Source: Ranitomeya imitator | Lineage: Eukaryota | Direction: 5' to 3' | DNA length: 64,000 nt | Assembly (NCBI RefSeq): GCF_032444005.1 | Contig: NC_091282.1 | Span: 705,746,001 to 705,810,000 of the forward strand | Part shown: in pieces, positions 24,226-38,623 of the stretch | Layout: every line of letters starts with the position of its first letter | Numbering within the stretch: the stretch's first letter is position 1 | Made by a program: the position numbers and the translations under genes | The notes under the pieces: model-generated | What the model was told of the DNA's origin: nothing | Seen by the model: the letters and a program-made list of their open reading frames with translations, nothing else | Database searches by the model: none

Positions 24226-24983
24226 TTAAGCAGTGGACACATGCAGGATCACACTACAGAGGGTCTACTTGGTTTATGGAGATACATATGTATGCATAAG
24301 AGCTATAGACACACAATGGTGGGCTATTTCTAACCCATAATATTCACAAAGTTGCTTCATTTTCTACAAAAGGAATCGATTATATGTCCTCAAATGATAT
24401 TAACCTGCAGATATAGGGTTAATCTGCAGGTTAATAGCTTTACAATGCTATCCGACAGCTCTACTCAAAGCACGTCTAGTGGGAGAAAATGAACTTTATT
24501 CCTCCTGGGAATCACCGGCTTTTAGTCATAGAGGCATGCCCGAAGCGGCTACAATCACTACTCACAGCAATGTGAGAGGCGCCTGGCACTTTGACAGCTC
24601 GCTCTACACAGATGCACTGCAGAGTCGGCTATCAATCAAAGTGTCCAGGCATGCTTACAGCCGTTGCTCACTGTGTACTAACTGATTACAGTGTAATCAA
24701 TCTGGGAACGCCTCTAAGACTGAAAGCTGGTGGCTCCAGGGAGAAGTAAAGTTCATTTTCTCCCAGCAGCTGCGCTGGTAATGGCATTTGGAGACAAGAC
24801 AGGTTCCCTTTAAAGTAAATTTGTCTGAATAGTAAAAGATACTGAAAGCAATGATATAGTAACTGACTTGACTCATGCCTAAGTTTTTTTGCATTTCCTT
24901 TCAAGAGGTTTGAAACAACATTGCATGTATCTAAAACATGATGGATTTTTCACACTTTTTTGAACATTAGAAAATTTAGATAC

Positions 24984-25135
24984 CTTGTTTTTCTTGGCTT
25001 TCATCTGAATTTTTCCTAAAAGTATCAACAGAGCAGGCATTGGCTTCTCCTTTATGGCAGAGACCAAGCAGCTAATGGCACTGCTGTTTTGATGGAGGAA
25101 TGAATGGACAAGGGCTTGCTGCACTGGAGAAGAAC
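24984..25135 (-). CDS. TTC6: TTC6 coding exon, 152 nt (follows a 33.9-kb intron)
   Basis: ttttctccag|GT...AAG|gtatct. SSPVQQALVHSFLHQNSSAISCLVSAIKEKPMPALLILLGKIQMKAKKNK. Phase 1 in, 0 out. Confidence 0.9.
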
Positions 25136-25439
25136 CTGGAGAAAATCATTAGAAGGCATTAGGAAAGGAGTTTCAACTAGCATGAGCTGGCACTTCGTTC
25201 TCTCATATTTTACTATTGCACAGGGCCAGATTACAGGGAGGACAAAAGTGTTGATTACTCAGTGGTTTCCCCTACTCCTAATTCCAGTAGATACTTCCAA
25301 GATGCTCATTGCAGCAAGAGGTACAAAGCTGAAAAGTTTTTTTAAATATCCCTATAACCAATTAAAAGTTTTAATATTTTGCAGAACAAGTCATTATGCA
25401 GCTTTTATTTGAAGGATTGGAAAGCTTTTCTCTTTTTCA

Positions 25440-26919
25440 GAACATTGTTGTCCACTTAAACTGTAAGAGACAAAATCTAAAAATAAAAATATAAAATTAC
25501 ATTGCATTATTTTAAAATAATTAAATTGCATTTTACTGCATGAAATAAGTATTTGATCACCTGCCAACCAACAAGAATTCTGGTTCTCACAGACATATTA
25601 GTTTTTCTTTAAGAAGCCCTCCCACTCTGCACTAATTACCCGTATTAATTGCACCAGTTTGAACTTGTTACCTGTATAACAGACACCTGTCCACACACTC
25701 AATCACACTCCAACCTCTCCACCATGGCCAAGATCAAAGAGCTGTCTAAGAACACCAGGGACAAAATTGTAGGCCTGCTTAAGGCTGGAATGGGCTACAG
25801 GACAATAGGCAAGCAGCTTAGTGAGGAGGCAGCAACTGTTGGCACAATTATTGGAAAATGAAACACAAGATGACTGCCAATCGTCCTCAGCCTTGGGCTC
25901 AATGCAAGATCTCATCTCATGGGGTATGGATGATTCTAATAAAGATCAGGAATCAGCCCAAAAATATACGGGACGACCTGATCAATGACTTGAAGAGAGG
26001 AGGGACCACAGTCTCAAACATTACCATTAGTAACACACTATTCCGTGATGGATTAATATCCTGCAGGGCAAGCAAGGTCCCCCTGGTCGTGCCAGCACAT
26101 GTCTAGGCCCATTTGAAGTTCGCCAATTACCATCTGGATGATCTAGAGGAGGCATGGGAAAAGATCATCTGGTAAGATGAGATCAAAATAGAATTTTTTG
26201 GTATCAACAACACTCGCCGTGTTTGGAGGAAGAAGGATAAGCACAAACCCAAGAACACCGTCCCAATCGTGAAGCATGGTGGGAATAAAATCATACTTTG
26301 GGGATGTTTTTCTGCAAAGGGGACAGGATGACTACACCGTATTGAAGGGAGGATGGATGGGGTCATGTATCGCAAGATTTTGACCAACAACCTCCTTCCC
26401 TCAGTAAGAGCTTTGAAGATGGGTCGTGGCTGAGTCTTCCAGCATGACAATGACCAGAAACACACAGCCAGGGCTCCATAAGAAGCATTTCAAGGCTCTG
26501 AAGTGGCCAAACCAGTCACCAGACCTGAACCCAATAGAAAATCTTTGGAGAGAGCTGAAATTTAATGTTGTCCAGCAACAGCCCCGAAACCTGAAAGATC
26601 TGGAGAAGATCTCTATGGAGGAGTGGGCCAAAATCCCTGCTGCAGTGTATGCAAACTTGGTCAAGAACTACAGGAAACATCGGACCTCTGTAATTACAAA
26701 CAAAGGTTTCTGTACCAAATATTAAGTTCTGTTTTTCTATTGTATCAAATACTAATTTAATGCGATAAAATGCAAATTAAGTATGTAAAAATCATACAAT
26801 GTGATTCTCTGTTTTTTATTGTTAGATTCTCTCTCTCACAGTTGAAGTGTACCTACGATAACAATTACAGACCTCACTTGCAAAATCGGCAGTGTATCAA
26901 ATACCAATTTTCCCAACTG
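25440..26919 (+). mobile_element. Decayed Tc1 transposon
   Basis: [16 protein letters not shown] (25724-), [20 protein letters not shown] (26426-26725), right end CAACTG|TA. The left TIR is truncated. Confidence 0.85.
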
Positions 26920-27860
26920 TATGTAATGTGTTTGGCCACACATCATATGCCATTGTTACTAGAGAGGGGTCTCCACCAAATATTAGCCCATGGACCCTGT
27001 TCTTCTATAACCCCCCAGCCCTGTTCTAATTGTATTTCTTTTTAAGAGCACTATGTTTTGCCTCTGTCTGTCAATTACAGTTAAAAGTATTTTTAAAGTT
27101 TTAGCCATGAGTTTCTCGTGGCTCAAGCACTGCAAGTCAGCTGAGGATGCTGGTCTAGATTTGGCTTTCTATTTGCTTTTATCCTACTAATCCTATTAGT
27201 TTTGTGACATTTCATTTATGCTACAATTTATAAGAGCTAATAATATTGTACAAATGCAGCATACGTTGCACATTGTATAAAAAAGTTCCCCTTGTGATCC
27301 AGCAAAGAGAGGATCAAGTGGGGTCACACATCATCCGTCAGTTCTAATTGCATTGCCCTGCGTGAGCTGTGTCATAATACAAGAAATCTCCAGCACAATC
27401 ATTACAATGATAAATTAGATAGAAGGATGCTGTGGATACCAAACACAGCAAGTGCACACTTCAGAGATTCACGTCTTTGTATTTAAGGCGATGCTGACTA
27501 CATAATGACTCAGCTAAACCAAATGCAGCCCCAGTTCTCTTTAGCTTAATTATAGTTTATTCTCTAAACTGTTCTCATCTGAAGTGCTGACACAGAGGAC
27601 GCCAAATGTGCCAATCACAGACTTTGTGGGAAATACTATTTAGCAGACATTGTTTATTAGAAGTCAATTGTAAAATGCCAGGCAAGCATGTTGGTTTCAT
27701 TCTTAATTTTTAATGGAAATACGCAGATAAATCACATTCTATAGATACTGCGCTGGCCCTTCTTTCCTCCTTCTGTTTTTGCAAATGATTTACTCTTCTA
27801 ATAAAATTATATAATTTGTTTTCTATCATAAAAATAAGAATAAGTTTTGTATTGTAATAA

Positions 27861-29432
27861 TCTACTAAATAATTGTCTAAGGGTCACTTCCGTCTGTCTG
27901 TCTGTTCTTCTGTCACGGTTAATCATTCGCTGATTGGTCTCCGCAGCTGCCTGTCATGGCTGCCGCGACCAATCAGCTACAAGCACAGTCCAATTAGTCC
28001 CTCCCCTACTCCCCTGCACTCACTGCCCGGCGCCCGCTCCATAATCCCCTCCACTCATGGCTCACACAGGGTTAATGGCAGCGGTAACGGCCCACGGTGT
28101 AACGCACTCCGTTACCGCTGCTGTTAACTCTGTGTGTCCCCAACTATTTACTATTGATGTGGCCTATGCAGCATCAATAGTAAAAATATGTCATGTTAAA
28201 AATAATAAAAAAACAAAAAAACCTGCTATACTCACCATCCGCCGCCTTTCCAGCTCCTCGGGACGCTCCCGGGATCGCTCCATTGCAAGCGGCAGCTTCC
28301 GGTCCAAGGGCTGGTGTGCGACAAGGACCTGCCGTGACGTCACGGTCATGTGACTGCGACGTCATCACAGGTCCTGCTCATACCAGCCCTGGGACCGTAA
28401 GCTGACGCTTGCAATGGAGCGATCCCGGGAGCGTCCCGAGGAGCTGGAAAGGCGGCGGATGCTGAGTATCGCAGGACTTCAACGGGCCTTCGGAAGGTGA
28501 GTATATGTTTGTTTGTTTTTTTAAGTCTCTATACTACGTGGCTCTGTGCTGTATACTCTGTCGCTGTTCAATATACTATGTGGCTAGGCAATATACTACG
28601 TGCCTGGGCAATACACTATGTGACTGGGCAATATACTATGTGGCTGGACAATATACTCCGTCGCTGTGCAATATACTACATGACTGGGCAATATACTATG
28701 TGGCTGGGCAATACACTAGGTGACTAGGCAATATACTACGTCACTGGGCAATATACTACATGGGCTGTGCAATATACTACATGACTGGGCAATATACTAC
28801 ATGGGCTGTGCAATATACTACGTGACTGGGCAATATACTACGTGGCTGGCAATATACTATATGGCTGGCCAATATACTACATGACTGGGCAATATACTAC
28901 GTTGCTGGGCAATATACTACGTGGCTGGGCAATATACTACGTGACTGGGCAATATACTATGTGACTGGGCAATATACTACGTGGCTGGGCAATATACTAC
29001 GTGGCTGGGGAATATACTACGTGACTGGGCAATATACTACGTGACTTGCCAATATACTACATCGCTGGGCAATATACTACGTGGCTGGGCAATATACTAC
29101 GTGACTGGGCAATATACTACGTGGCTGGGCAATATACTACGTGGCTGGCAATATACTACGTGGCTGGCCATATACTACGTGACTGGGCAATATACTACGT
29201 CGCTGGGCAATATACTACGTGACTGGGCAATATACTACGTGGCTGGGCAATATACTACGTGGCTGGGCAATATACTACGTGGCTGGGCAATATACTACGT
29301 GACTGGCCAATATACTACGTGACTGGGCAATATACTACGTCGCTGGGCAATATACTACGTCGCTGGGCAATATACTACGTTGGCATGCATATTCTAGAAT
29401 ACCCGATGCATTAGAATCGGGCCACCATCTAG
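27861..29432 (+). mobile_element. Non-autonomous Helitron (1572 bp)
   Basis: A|TC 5' end (TCTACTAAATAA). 3' hairpin CCCGAT-gcattaga-ATCGGG (29402-29421), then CTAG|T. No TSD. Confidence 0.8.
28533..29380 (+). repeat. 20-bp minisatellite (GGCAATATACTACGTGRCTG), about 40 copies, inside the Helitron
   Basis: Directly visible tandem array that is more homogeneous toward its 3' end. Confidence 0.95.
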
Positions 29433-29785
29433 TTCTCTATACAATTATTATTACAGATGAGCAGATAAGAGTTTGAGTTGAATTTCCTGAATTTTGCGGT
29501 TTCACACGAATTAGAACACTTTGAGAATTAATTTGCGAAGCAAAATCTTCTCCTGTGCTATTTCCCACATTGCTGAAGAATCAGAGAGTGGGAGAATGTA
29601 TGTATGCTGCCTCCAATAATGCCGGATATGACATCTTACGGATTATCATACCTTGTACAGTGGGGGTCAGTACTGGGGCCATCACAGATCAGTGATTCAC
29701 AATGGAGCACAGTTTGTTCTGCAGAGTTGCTTTCCATTTCCAGTGTCACTGGGTAAGCCTGACTCTTCTATATAGTGTAAACTTT

Positions 29786-30690
29786 TGTAACACCACCACC
29801 TGTGTGGCTTCCCATCCCATACCATACAGGGACACTGACGTACTCACCAACAAAGGCCGTGCAGTGAGCTCTTTAATTTTTGCTTGCTGTGTGCTGTAAG
29901 CCTGTGCTGACTGTGCATGTTTTCTGGCTACATGTTTAGGGCGCATGCCCAGGAACTCCCTGATTATTAAAGAGACAGTGAGTGTGCTCCTAACGTGTCC
30001 CCAGCCTTTTGCTGAGAGGCACTTGGTACTTAAGGCACCTCCACCTGTTGGAAGGTGCCTGACCAACATTCTCTTTCAGTGTGTGTGCAACTACTGAGTT
30101 GCCAGGTCCTGTCCTGCTTCTGCTCTTGTCTGAACTTGTTTCCCTTGGTCTGTACACCCAGGCTTGAACCCTGAATCTGTACCTGTATCTGATCTTTACG
30201 GTTTCTGCCACCTTGGGGGCTGAATACCCAAGCCTGAACCCTGAACTTGTGTCTGTCCTTTTCTGAATTAGGACCAATCCTTGAACCTGTTTGCATCTAA
30301 GTCTGGATTTTTCCTTAAACCTGTTGTGTCTGTACCTGTACCTATCCCTAAATATGCACTGTCTTAACCAGTGCCCACAGCGAATCTGCAGTGTCTGAAC
30401 CAGTACCTATTGCTAAACATCCTATGTCTGTACCTGTACCTAACCCTAAACATCCTATGTCTGTATCTGTACCAAACCCTAAACCAGCAGTATCTGTACC
30501 TATCTTTGATACCTGCAGTTTCTGAACGAGTGCCTTCATCGGTTGTCGCTGTGCAATGTTAGTTTTCAGTGAAAACACTTGTTACTTCATTGTAAGTACC
30601 CTGTGTGAACTTTTTCCAGTTTGTCTTGTCCGTACCTATCCTTGTATGGGTCCTGTGTGAACCTGACCCTGTCTACTCCTTGTTAACAAA
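29786..30690. mobile_element. Probable degenerate solo LTR
   Basis: Starts TGTAACACC and contains short GTACCTG/AACCTG-type internal repeats like 57960-58643. No TSD found and the right end is uncertain. Confidence 0.35.
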
Positions 30691-31239
30691 GCCCTGTCGT
30701 GCGCAGGGGACGGTAAAGGTCAGAGAGGCCCAGCGCCTGCGCACTGCAGTACTTTGCTCTGCCCTCAAAAGGGCAGACAAAGTACACCTGCGCAGGAGCC
30801 GCGGCAAGAAGACAAGAAGAGGACGACATCGTATGAAGATGGGAGGCACCGGACTCGGACCGCGACAACCATCGGACCGGACCGCAGCGGGACCGCCCCA
30901 GGTGAGTATAATATAACCTGTTTTTCTTATCTTTCAGGATACATCGGGGGCTTATCTACAGAATTACAGAAGGCTGTAGATAAGCCCCTGATGCCGGTGG
31001 CCTTAGTTTATAGGCCAATTTTGGGGTGACAGATTCCCTTTAAAAAACATAAATCTACATAAAATGTAAATGATTCCAAATCATATGAGACAAAACAATA
31101 ATAAAAATCAATTGTTAGAAAGAGGAGAAAATAAGTAAAATTCCAATACAAAAATACTTATTTCTGTTTATAGCAGACCCATATGTTTCATATATTTTTA
31201 TTAATCAGAACCTCACCTAGCTAAGCCATATGATGCTCA

Positions 31240-32290
31240 ATCAATGGGTGTGCTCAATACTAATGTTCAAACCCTCTGGATGCAAAGAAGACAACTTACA
31301 TATCCAGAAGGACTCTCGGTTATTCAGCCTCTGTATCAGATCTGGACTGGTCACAGCTATATATTCAAGAATGGTCAAACATAAATTATCAGGCCTTTTT
31401 TGGTGATATATATACCGTAACTTATTTACCGTATATACCGTAACTGTTTTAATAATGACACTAACTTTATTAAAAATCCTTATAAGACAAGATGGGAATC
31501 TGATGTAAATACGGTACTTAATTTTTTCCTGAGCAATGGGAAAATGCCCTTACTTTTACCTACGTCTCGAATATATCTAAGGATTTGCATGAATCTTATT
31601 ATAAAATGTTTGCTAGATGACACTACGGCCCAACTAGGTTAGCCCACATAAATGCAGACCTTTCACCTCTATGTTTGAGAAACTGTGGTCAGCAAGGTAG
31701 TCTTCTCTATATTTTCTGGAATTGCCCTAAAATTAAACCTTTTATAGTTTCAAGTATCCTCTTTAATCAATAGACTTCTCAACAAGAATGTATAATATAG
31801 TTCATTCCCCAAATGGCCCTTCTTTCAATTGATTTGGAAAATATAGACCCTTCTTTTAGATATGCTATAATTCATATTTTTCTGGTAGTAAAAAATGTGA
31901 TCGCCTTTCTCTGGAAAAATAACCCTTTCCCCCTAATTTTTCTGACATTGTGGAAAAAATTACTCTTCATAAATCACTTGAATTGAGATACTCCATTGTT
32001 AATAACTTTAAGAAATACACAAAAAATGGAAATGCTGGTATTCTGTTTTTCATTGATCTCTCCAAAACCTTTGAATTCTTATTCTCCTGGTCTCTTTGTT
32101 AATAAGGAAATTATTGGTCATTTTTTCTGGTTGTATATATAGGTTATTTATGTATACATTTTACAATGACTGAGTTCTTCCTTATTTTTCCTTTCATTTA
32201 CCTTTCCCATATTCCCACCCTCCCTCCTTTAAGCCCTTTTTCCTTTCCTCTTGTCTTTATTGTCCCTATAGTCATTTTCTTGCCCATATT
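31240..32290 (+). mobile_element. Old 5'-truncated L1 (ORF2 C-terminus and 3' UTR)
   Basis: HYGPTRLAHINADLSPLCLRNCGQQGSLLYIFWNCPKIK is the L1 C-terminal Cys/His motif, followed by a pyrimidine-rich 3' UTR. A probable A-rich tail resumes at about 50310-50345 after the Tc1. Confidence 0.75.
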
Positions 32291-35200
32291 TACAGTGCCT
32301 TGTGAAAGTATTCCCCCCCCCCCCCCCCTCCGGAACTTTTCAGCCTTTTCCCACATATCATGCTTCGAACATAAAGATACCAAATGTAAATTTTCGGTGA
32401 AGAATCAACAACAAGTGGAACACAATTGTGAAGTTGAACGGAATTTATTGGTTATTTTACATTTTTGTGGAAATTCAAAAACTGAAAAGTGGGGCGTGCA
32501 ATATTATTCGGCCCCTTTACTTTCAGTGCAGCAAACTCACTCCAGAAGTTCATTGTGGATCTCTGAATGATGCAATGTTGTCCTAAATGCCTAATGATGA
32601 TAAATATAATCCACCTGTGTGTAATCAAGTCTCCGTATAAATGCACCTGCTCTGTGATAGTCTCAGGGTTCTGTTTTAAGCACAGAGAGCATCATGAAGA
32701 CCAAGGAACACAACAGGCATGTCCGTGATACTGTTGTGGAGAAGTTTAAAGCCGGATTTGGATACAAAATGATTTCCAAAACTTTAAGCATCCCAAGGAG
32801 CACTGTGCAAGCGATCATATTGAAATGGAAGGAGTATCATACAACTGTAAATCTACCAAGACCCGACAGTCCCTCTAAACTTTCATCTCAAACAAGGAGA
32901 AGACTGATCAGAGATGCAGCCAAGAGGTCCATGATCACTCTGGATGAACTGCAGAGATCTACAGCCTAGGTGGGACAGTCTGTCCATAGGACAACAATCA
33001 GTCGTACACTGCACAAATCTGGCCTTTATGGAAGATTGGCAAGAAGAAAGCCATTTCTGAAAGATATCCATAAAAAGTGTTCTTTAAAGTTTTCAACAAG
33101 CCACCTGGGAGACACACCAAACATGTGGAAAAAAGTGCTCTGGTCCGATGAAACCAAAATCGAATTTTTTGGCAACAATACCAAATGATATGTTTGGCAT
33201 AAAGGCAACACAGCTCATCACCCTGAACACACCATCCCCACTGTCAAACATGGTGGTGGCAGCATCATGGTTTGGGCCTGCTTTTCTTCAGCAGGGACAG
33301 GGAAGATGTTTAAAATTGATGGGAAGATGGATGGAGCCAAATACAGGATCATTCTTGAAGAAAACCTGTTGGAGTCTGCAAAAGATCTGAGACTGGGGGG
33401 GTGTGATGGATGTGGAGCTGAGCGGACGTGCGAGGCTCGAGCTCCCTAACCACCAGCTATTATAAGAGGCCCAAAGCACAGTGAAGTGACTGGAGGAGGT
33501 CAGATCGGGAGATAAGATAAGCGAGGTGGTATTGCGCAGCAGGAATGAAGGGTGGGATAAGGAGGGAGCAGGCGCGGCCGGTAGCTGGATCCAAGATGGC
33601 GACCGCAGCCCTCACCACACGGCCGCAAGCAGCAGGGGTAACAGCAGTGTGAGGCAAAGGTCAGAGCTGCACACTGAAACACTCCATCAGCCCCAAACTC
33701 CCAGCAAAGCTGCAAACTCCCTGACCACACAGAGCTATTCCCCCATGCTGCAATCCCTGCTCCTTCTCCCTGCTAGGAATGCTGAAGGTCCAGAGCCTGA
33801 AGATTTACAACTACCAAACACAGCCCTGACCGTCTCCTTAGACTCTCCTATTAAAGACTCCAATTCTGCCCCAGTCACTGTAGCCACACTCAGATCCCTG
33901 CTGGGAGACTTGAAGCAAGCCATTCATACTGATATCACAACGGCTTTCACTGCGCTACATAAAGAAAATACACAGATTAGTGAGGGAACCTCACACATAG
34001 AGGGGAAACTGGAGGAATATACTACAGCGCACAACCAACTAGTAGATGCGCATAATGAAGCGGACGAAGAGATCATGGCCCTAAAACTGAAGCTTGCAGA
34101 CGTAGAAGATCGATCCAGGCGCAATAACCTATGTTTCAGAGGAATCCCTGAGAGTGTGTCAGTGGATACACTAAAGGAGTTTCTAATGGACTTTTTTACA
34201 ATTCTGGTGCCGTCAGCAGAACAGAGAGACCTGCTGATTGACAGGGCACATTGGATCCCCAAACCAAAGTCTGCTCCTGGCTCGGCACCGCGAGACATAG
34301 CGGAGAGATAGCCAGGCTGCACTTCTATCACTTCAAGGAGGCAGTGACCAAGGCAGCGACAGCAAAGCAAGAACTTCCAGAAAGTTTCCGGAACATCCTA
34401 GTGTTCACCGACTTGTCTGCGACAACCCTGAACAGGAGGTGGGAATTCTCATCCACAACCAAGATTCTACGGGACAATAATATTGTCTACAAGTGGGGAT
34501 ATCCAGTAAAGCTCATTGTAACAAAAAAAACAGAGCTTCACACGTCCTTGTGTCTCCCAGAGAGGCCATGACCCTTCTCCAGGAATGGTCCCTGACGTCA
34601 GTGGATGAAGACACCAGCTCCCCACTAAAAAAAAGACTCCCGATGCTGAACAAAGAATAGACCTGATTCTCACGCAAGTACTCTGTAGCTACTGTATATG
34701 TATCCCCTATGTGCCTATGCCAGGACACCATACTGCTATTTTTTTGCCTGGCTGGCAGGTTGAAGGGACATAAGAATAAGGCTTTCGGTTTTTCTATTCT
34801 CTCCCCGTTTAATACTGGATTTGAACGATTATCCGGTTGGTTCACATAGAACCGCCCTTTGAGTTGTACAAGTTGTACTTGTAGTTGTTATTAATAACTT
34901 TAACCTCTTTGTTTCCCTTATTATCCTGTATCTGGTGACTGATTGAATTTTTTTTATTTTTTGTAACTGATGGTATTTCAAATATCTAGCATTAATGTGA
35001 AAGGTCTAAATACAGTAGCCCTTTCAAGAGATCGTTATTATGGAAAGAAGCCCAGGCACTCAAAGCGGACATACTATGTGTCCTAGAAATTAATTTAAAT
35101 CGTGAAGATACACATAGATTACAACATAAAAATTACCCCCATATCTATGCCTCATATGTGGCGAAAAAGAAGAGAGGGGTAGCGATTGCAATAAAAGACA

Positions 35201-36108
35201 CTATAGCATTCCAGCTTGTTGATCTGGATAATGAAGGCAGATATGTAATATTGATATGTAATATCAATAATAAGGTGTATACAATTGCATCTATATACGC
35301 ACCCAATTCAGGTCAAATCACTTTTATTAAAGACCTTATAACTAAATTATCCAAAATAAAACCAGGATCCCTGCTAATCTGTGGAGATTTTAACATCGTC
35401 CCGATACCTAATATAGACAAATCTTGGTGCTCAAAGAAAAAGTCCAATCCCATGCGTTGTCCCAGTGTCTTATATCAGAAGAATTGTATGACACGTGGAG
35501 GATCCTTCATGCTTCTGAACGGGATCATACATATTACTCCCACCCACATAAAGTATATTCAAGAATAGATCTAATAGTAGTGGATAAATGGCTCCTAGAA
35601 AATATACAATCTGCAAAAATAGGGAAGATAACCTGGTCGGACCACGCTCCTGTAACATGCCAAATTAAAGAGACGTACAATAATTTAACTTATTCCCCGT
35701 GGAGAAGTAATAACTTTTTAATAGCCTCAGATAATATCAAATCCCAACTAAACGACCTTCTCCAGGAATTTTTTGATATCAATAGTACCCCTGACATATC
35801 CCCGACCATAGTGTGGTGCGCCCATAAGGCCTATATAGGAGGGCGACTAATACAGAGAGCAGCGCAACACAAAAAATTAAGAATGTGACAAATAGAAGAG
35901 CTTAATAAAAATGTAGCAACATTGGAAAATACCCATAAACATAGTCCCTCACCCACGGTATATAGAAATCTACAAAAGGCAAGATACGAACTATATCAGC
36001 TATTCCAATATAAATATGAGCATAATTTGAGGAGGAATAAAGCCAAATACTATTGGCAGGGGAATAAAGCAACTAAAATACTTGCCAATAAGATTAAAGC
36101 GAGACTAA

Positions 36109-38623
36109 CCCCTTAAGCACCAAGGGTCGTTTGCACGTTAATGACCGGGCCAATTTTTACAATTCTGACCACTGTCCCTTTATGAGGTTTTAACTCTGGA
36201 ACGCTTCAACGGATCCCGGTGATTCTGACATTGTTTTCTCGTGACATATTGGGCTTCATGATAGTGGTAACATTTCTTTGATATTACCTGCGTTTATTTG
36301 TGAAAAAAAAGGGAAATTTGGCAAATATTTTGGAAATTTCGCAATTTTCCAACTTTGAATTTTTATGCCCTTAAATCACAGAGTATGTCACACAAAATAC
36401 TTAATAAGTAACATTTCCCACATGTCTACTTTACATCAGCACAATTTTGGAACCAAATTTTTTTGTTTTGTTAGGGAGTTATAAAGGTTAAAAGTTGACC
36501 AGCAATTTCTCATTTTTACAACACCATTTTTTTTAGGGCCCACATCACATTTGAAGTCATTTTGAGGGGTCCATATGATAGAAAATAACCAAGTGTGACA
36601 CCATTCTAAAAACTGCACCCCTCAAGGTGCTCAAAACCACATTCAAGAAGTTTATTAACCCTTCAGGTGTTTCACAGGAATTTTTGGAATGTTTAAAAAA
36701 AATGAACATTTAACTTTTTTTCACAAAAAATTTACTTCAGCTCCAATTTGTTTTATTTTACCAAGGGTAACAGGAGAAAATGGACCCCAAAAGTTGTTGT
36801 ACAATTTGTCCTGAGTACGCCGATACCCCATATGTGGGGGTAAACCACTGTTTGGGCGCATGGCAGAACTCGGAAGGGAAGGAGCGTCATTTGACTTTTC
36901 AATGCAAAATTGACTGAATTGAGATGGGACACCATGTTGCGTTTGGAGAATATTGAAACCCCCCACAAGTGACAATTTTGGAAAGTACACCCCCTAAAGA
37001 ACATATCTAGATGTGTGGTGAACACTTTGACCCACCAAGTGCTTCACAGAAGTTTATAATGCAGAGCCGTAAAAATAAAAAATCATATTTCTTCACAAAA
37101 ATGATCTTTTCGTCCCCAATTTTTTATTTTCCCAAGGGTAAGAGAAGAAACTGGACCCCAAAAGTTGATGTGCAATTTGTCCTGAGTACGCTGAAACCCC
37201 ATATGTGGGGGTAAACCACTGTTTGGGCACACAGCGGAGCTCGAAAGGGAAGGAGCTCTGTTTGACTTTTCAATGAAAAATTGACAGGAATTGATGAGAC
37301 GCCATGTTGTGTTTGGAAAGCCACTGATGTGCCTAAACATTGAAACCCCCACAAGTGACACCATTTTGGAAAGTAGGCCCCTAAGGAACTTATCTAGATG
37401 TGTTGTGAGAGCTTTGAACCCCCAAGTGTTTCACTACAGTTTATAAAACAGAGCCGTGAAAATAAAAATTATTTTTTTTTCCACAAAAATTATTTTTTTA
37501 GCCCCCAGTTTTGTATTTTCCCAAGGGTAACAGGAGAAATTGGACCCCAAAAGTTGTTGTCCAATTTGCCCTGAGTACGCTGATACACTATATGTGGGGG
37601 GAACCACCGTTTGGGCGTATGGCAGAGCTCGGAAGGGAAAGATCGCCATTTGGAATGCAGACTTAGATGGATTGGTCTGCAGGCGTCACGTTGCATTTGC
37701 AGAGCCCCTGATGTACCTAAACAGTAGAAACCCCCCACAAGTGATCCCATATTGAAAATTAGACCCTCCCCCAAGGAACTTATCTAGATGTTTTGTGAGA
37801 ACTTTGAACCCCCAAGTGTTTCACTGCAGTTTATAACGCAGAGCCGTGAAAATAAAAAATCATTGTTTTCCACAAAAATTATTTTTTAGCCCCCAGTTTT
37901 GTATTTTTCCAAGGGTAACAGGAGAAATTGGACCGAAACATTGTTGTCCAATTTTTCATGAGTACGCTGATATCCCATATGTGGGGGGAACCCCTGTTTG
38001 GGCACACGGGAGAGCTCGGAAGGGAAGGAGCACTATTTTACTTTTTCAATGCAGAATTGGCTGGAATTGAGATCGGACGCCATGTCGCGTTTGAGAGCCC
38101 TGATGTGCCTAAACAGTGAAAACCCCCAATTGTAACTGAAACCCTAACCCAAACACACCCCTAACCCTAATCCCAACCACACCCCTAGCCACAACCACAC
38201 CCCTAACCCCAACACACCCCTAACCCTAACCATACCCTTAACTCCAACACATCCCTAACCCTAATCCCAACCATAACCCTAACCACACCCCTAACCCTAA
38301 CACACCCCTAACCCTAATCCCAACCGTAAATGTACCCACGGCCATTTTGGATCCGGGGCCTGCAGGGAGGAGGCGCTCGGTACAAGGTGAGCACATCGCC
38401 TTGTACTGAGGGTCTCAGGGAAGTCCGCAGGGTTTGATCGCAGTGTTCTGGGGGTTAATGTGCGAGGAGCGGTCCGTGACCGCTCCTGGCACATAGTGCC
38501 AGATGTCAGCTGCGATAGTCAGCTGACACCCGGCCGCACTCCCCCGGTGAGCGTGGCCGATTGCATATGACGTACTATCCCAGGTCACCTTGACGGGATA
38601 GTACATCATATGGGATTAAGGGG
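36109..38623. mobile_element. Second Tx1D-like non-autonomous piggyBac-type element, internally deleted
   Basis: CTAA|CCCCTTAA...TTAAGGGG|TTAA; L1 ORF2 (RLT/KQKIAHM) rejoins across it. ~390-bp repeat anchors at 36761, 37132, 37521 and 37909. CCCTAA-like repeats at 38138-38326. Confidence 0.87.

Noticed and set aside
28497-29322. Repetitive ORFs (WAIYYVAGQYTT...) and a superficially CRISPR-like array
   Set aside because: Translation of a 20-bp minisatellite; there are no unique spacers or cas genes, and the context is eukaryotic.
32313-32328. 16-nt poly-C in the left Tc1 TIR
   Set aside because: The right TIR has only a short run; this is slippage or a homopolymer error.
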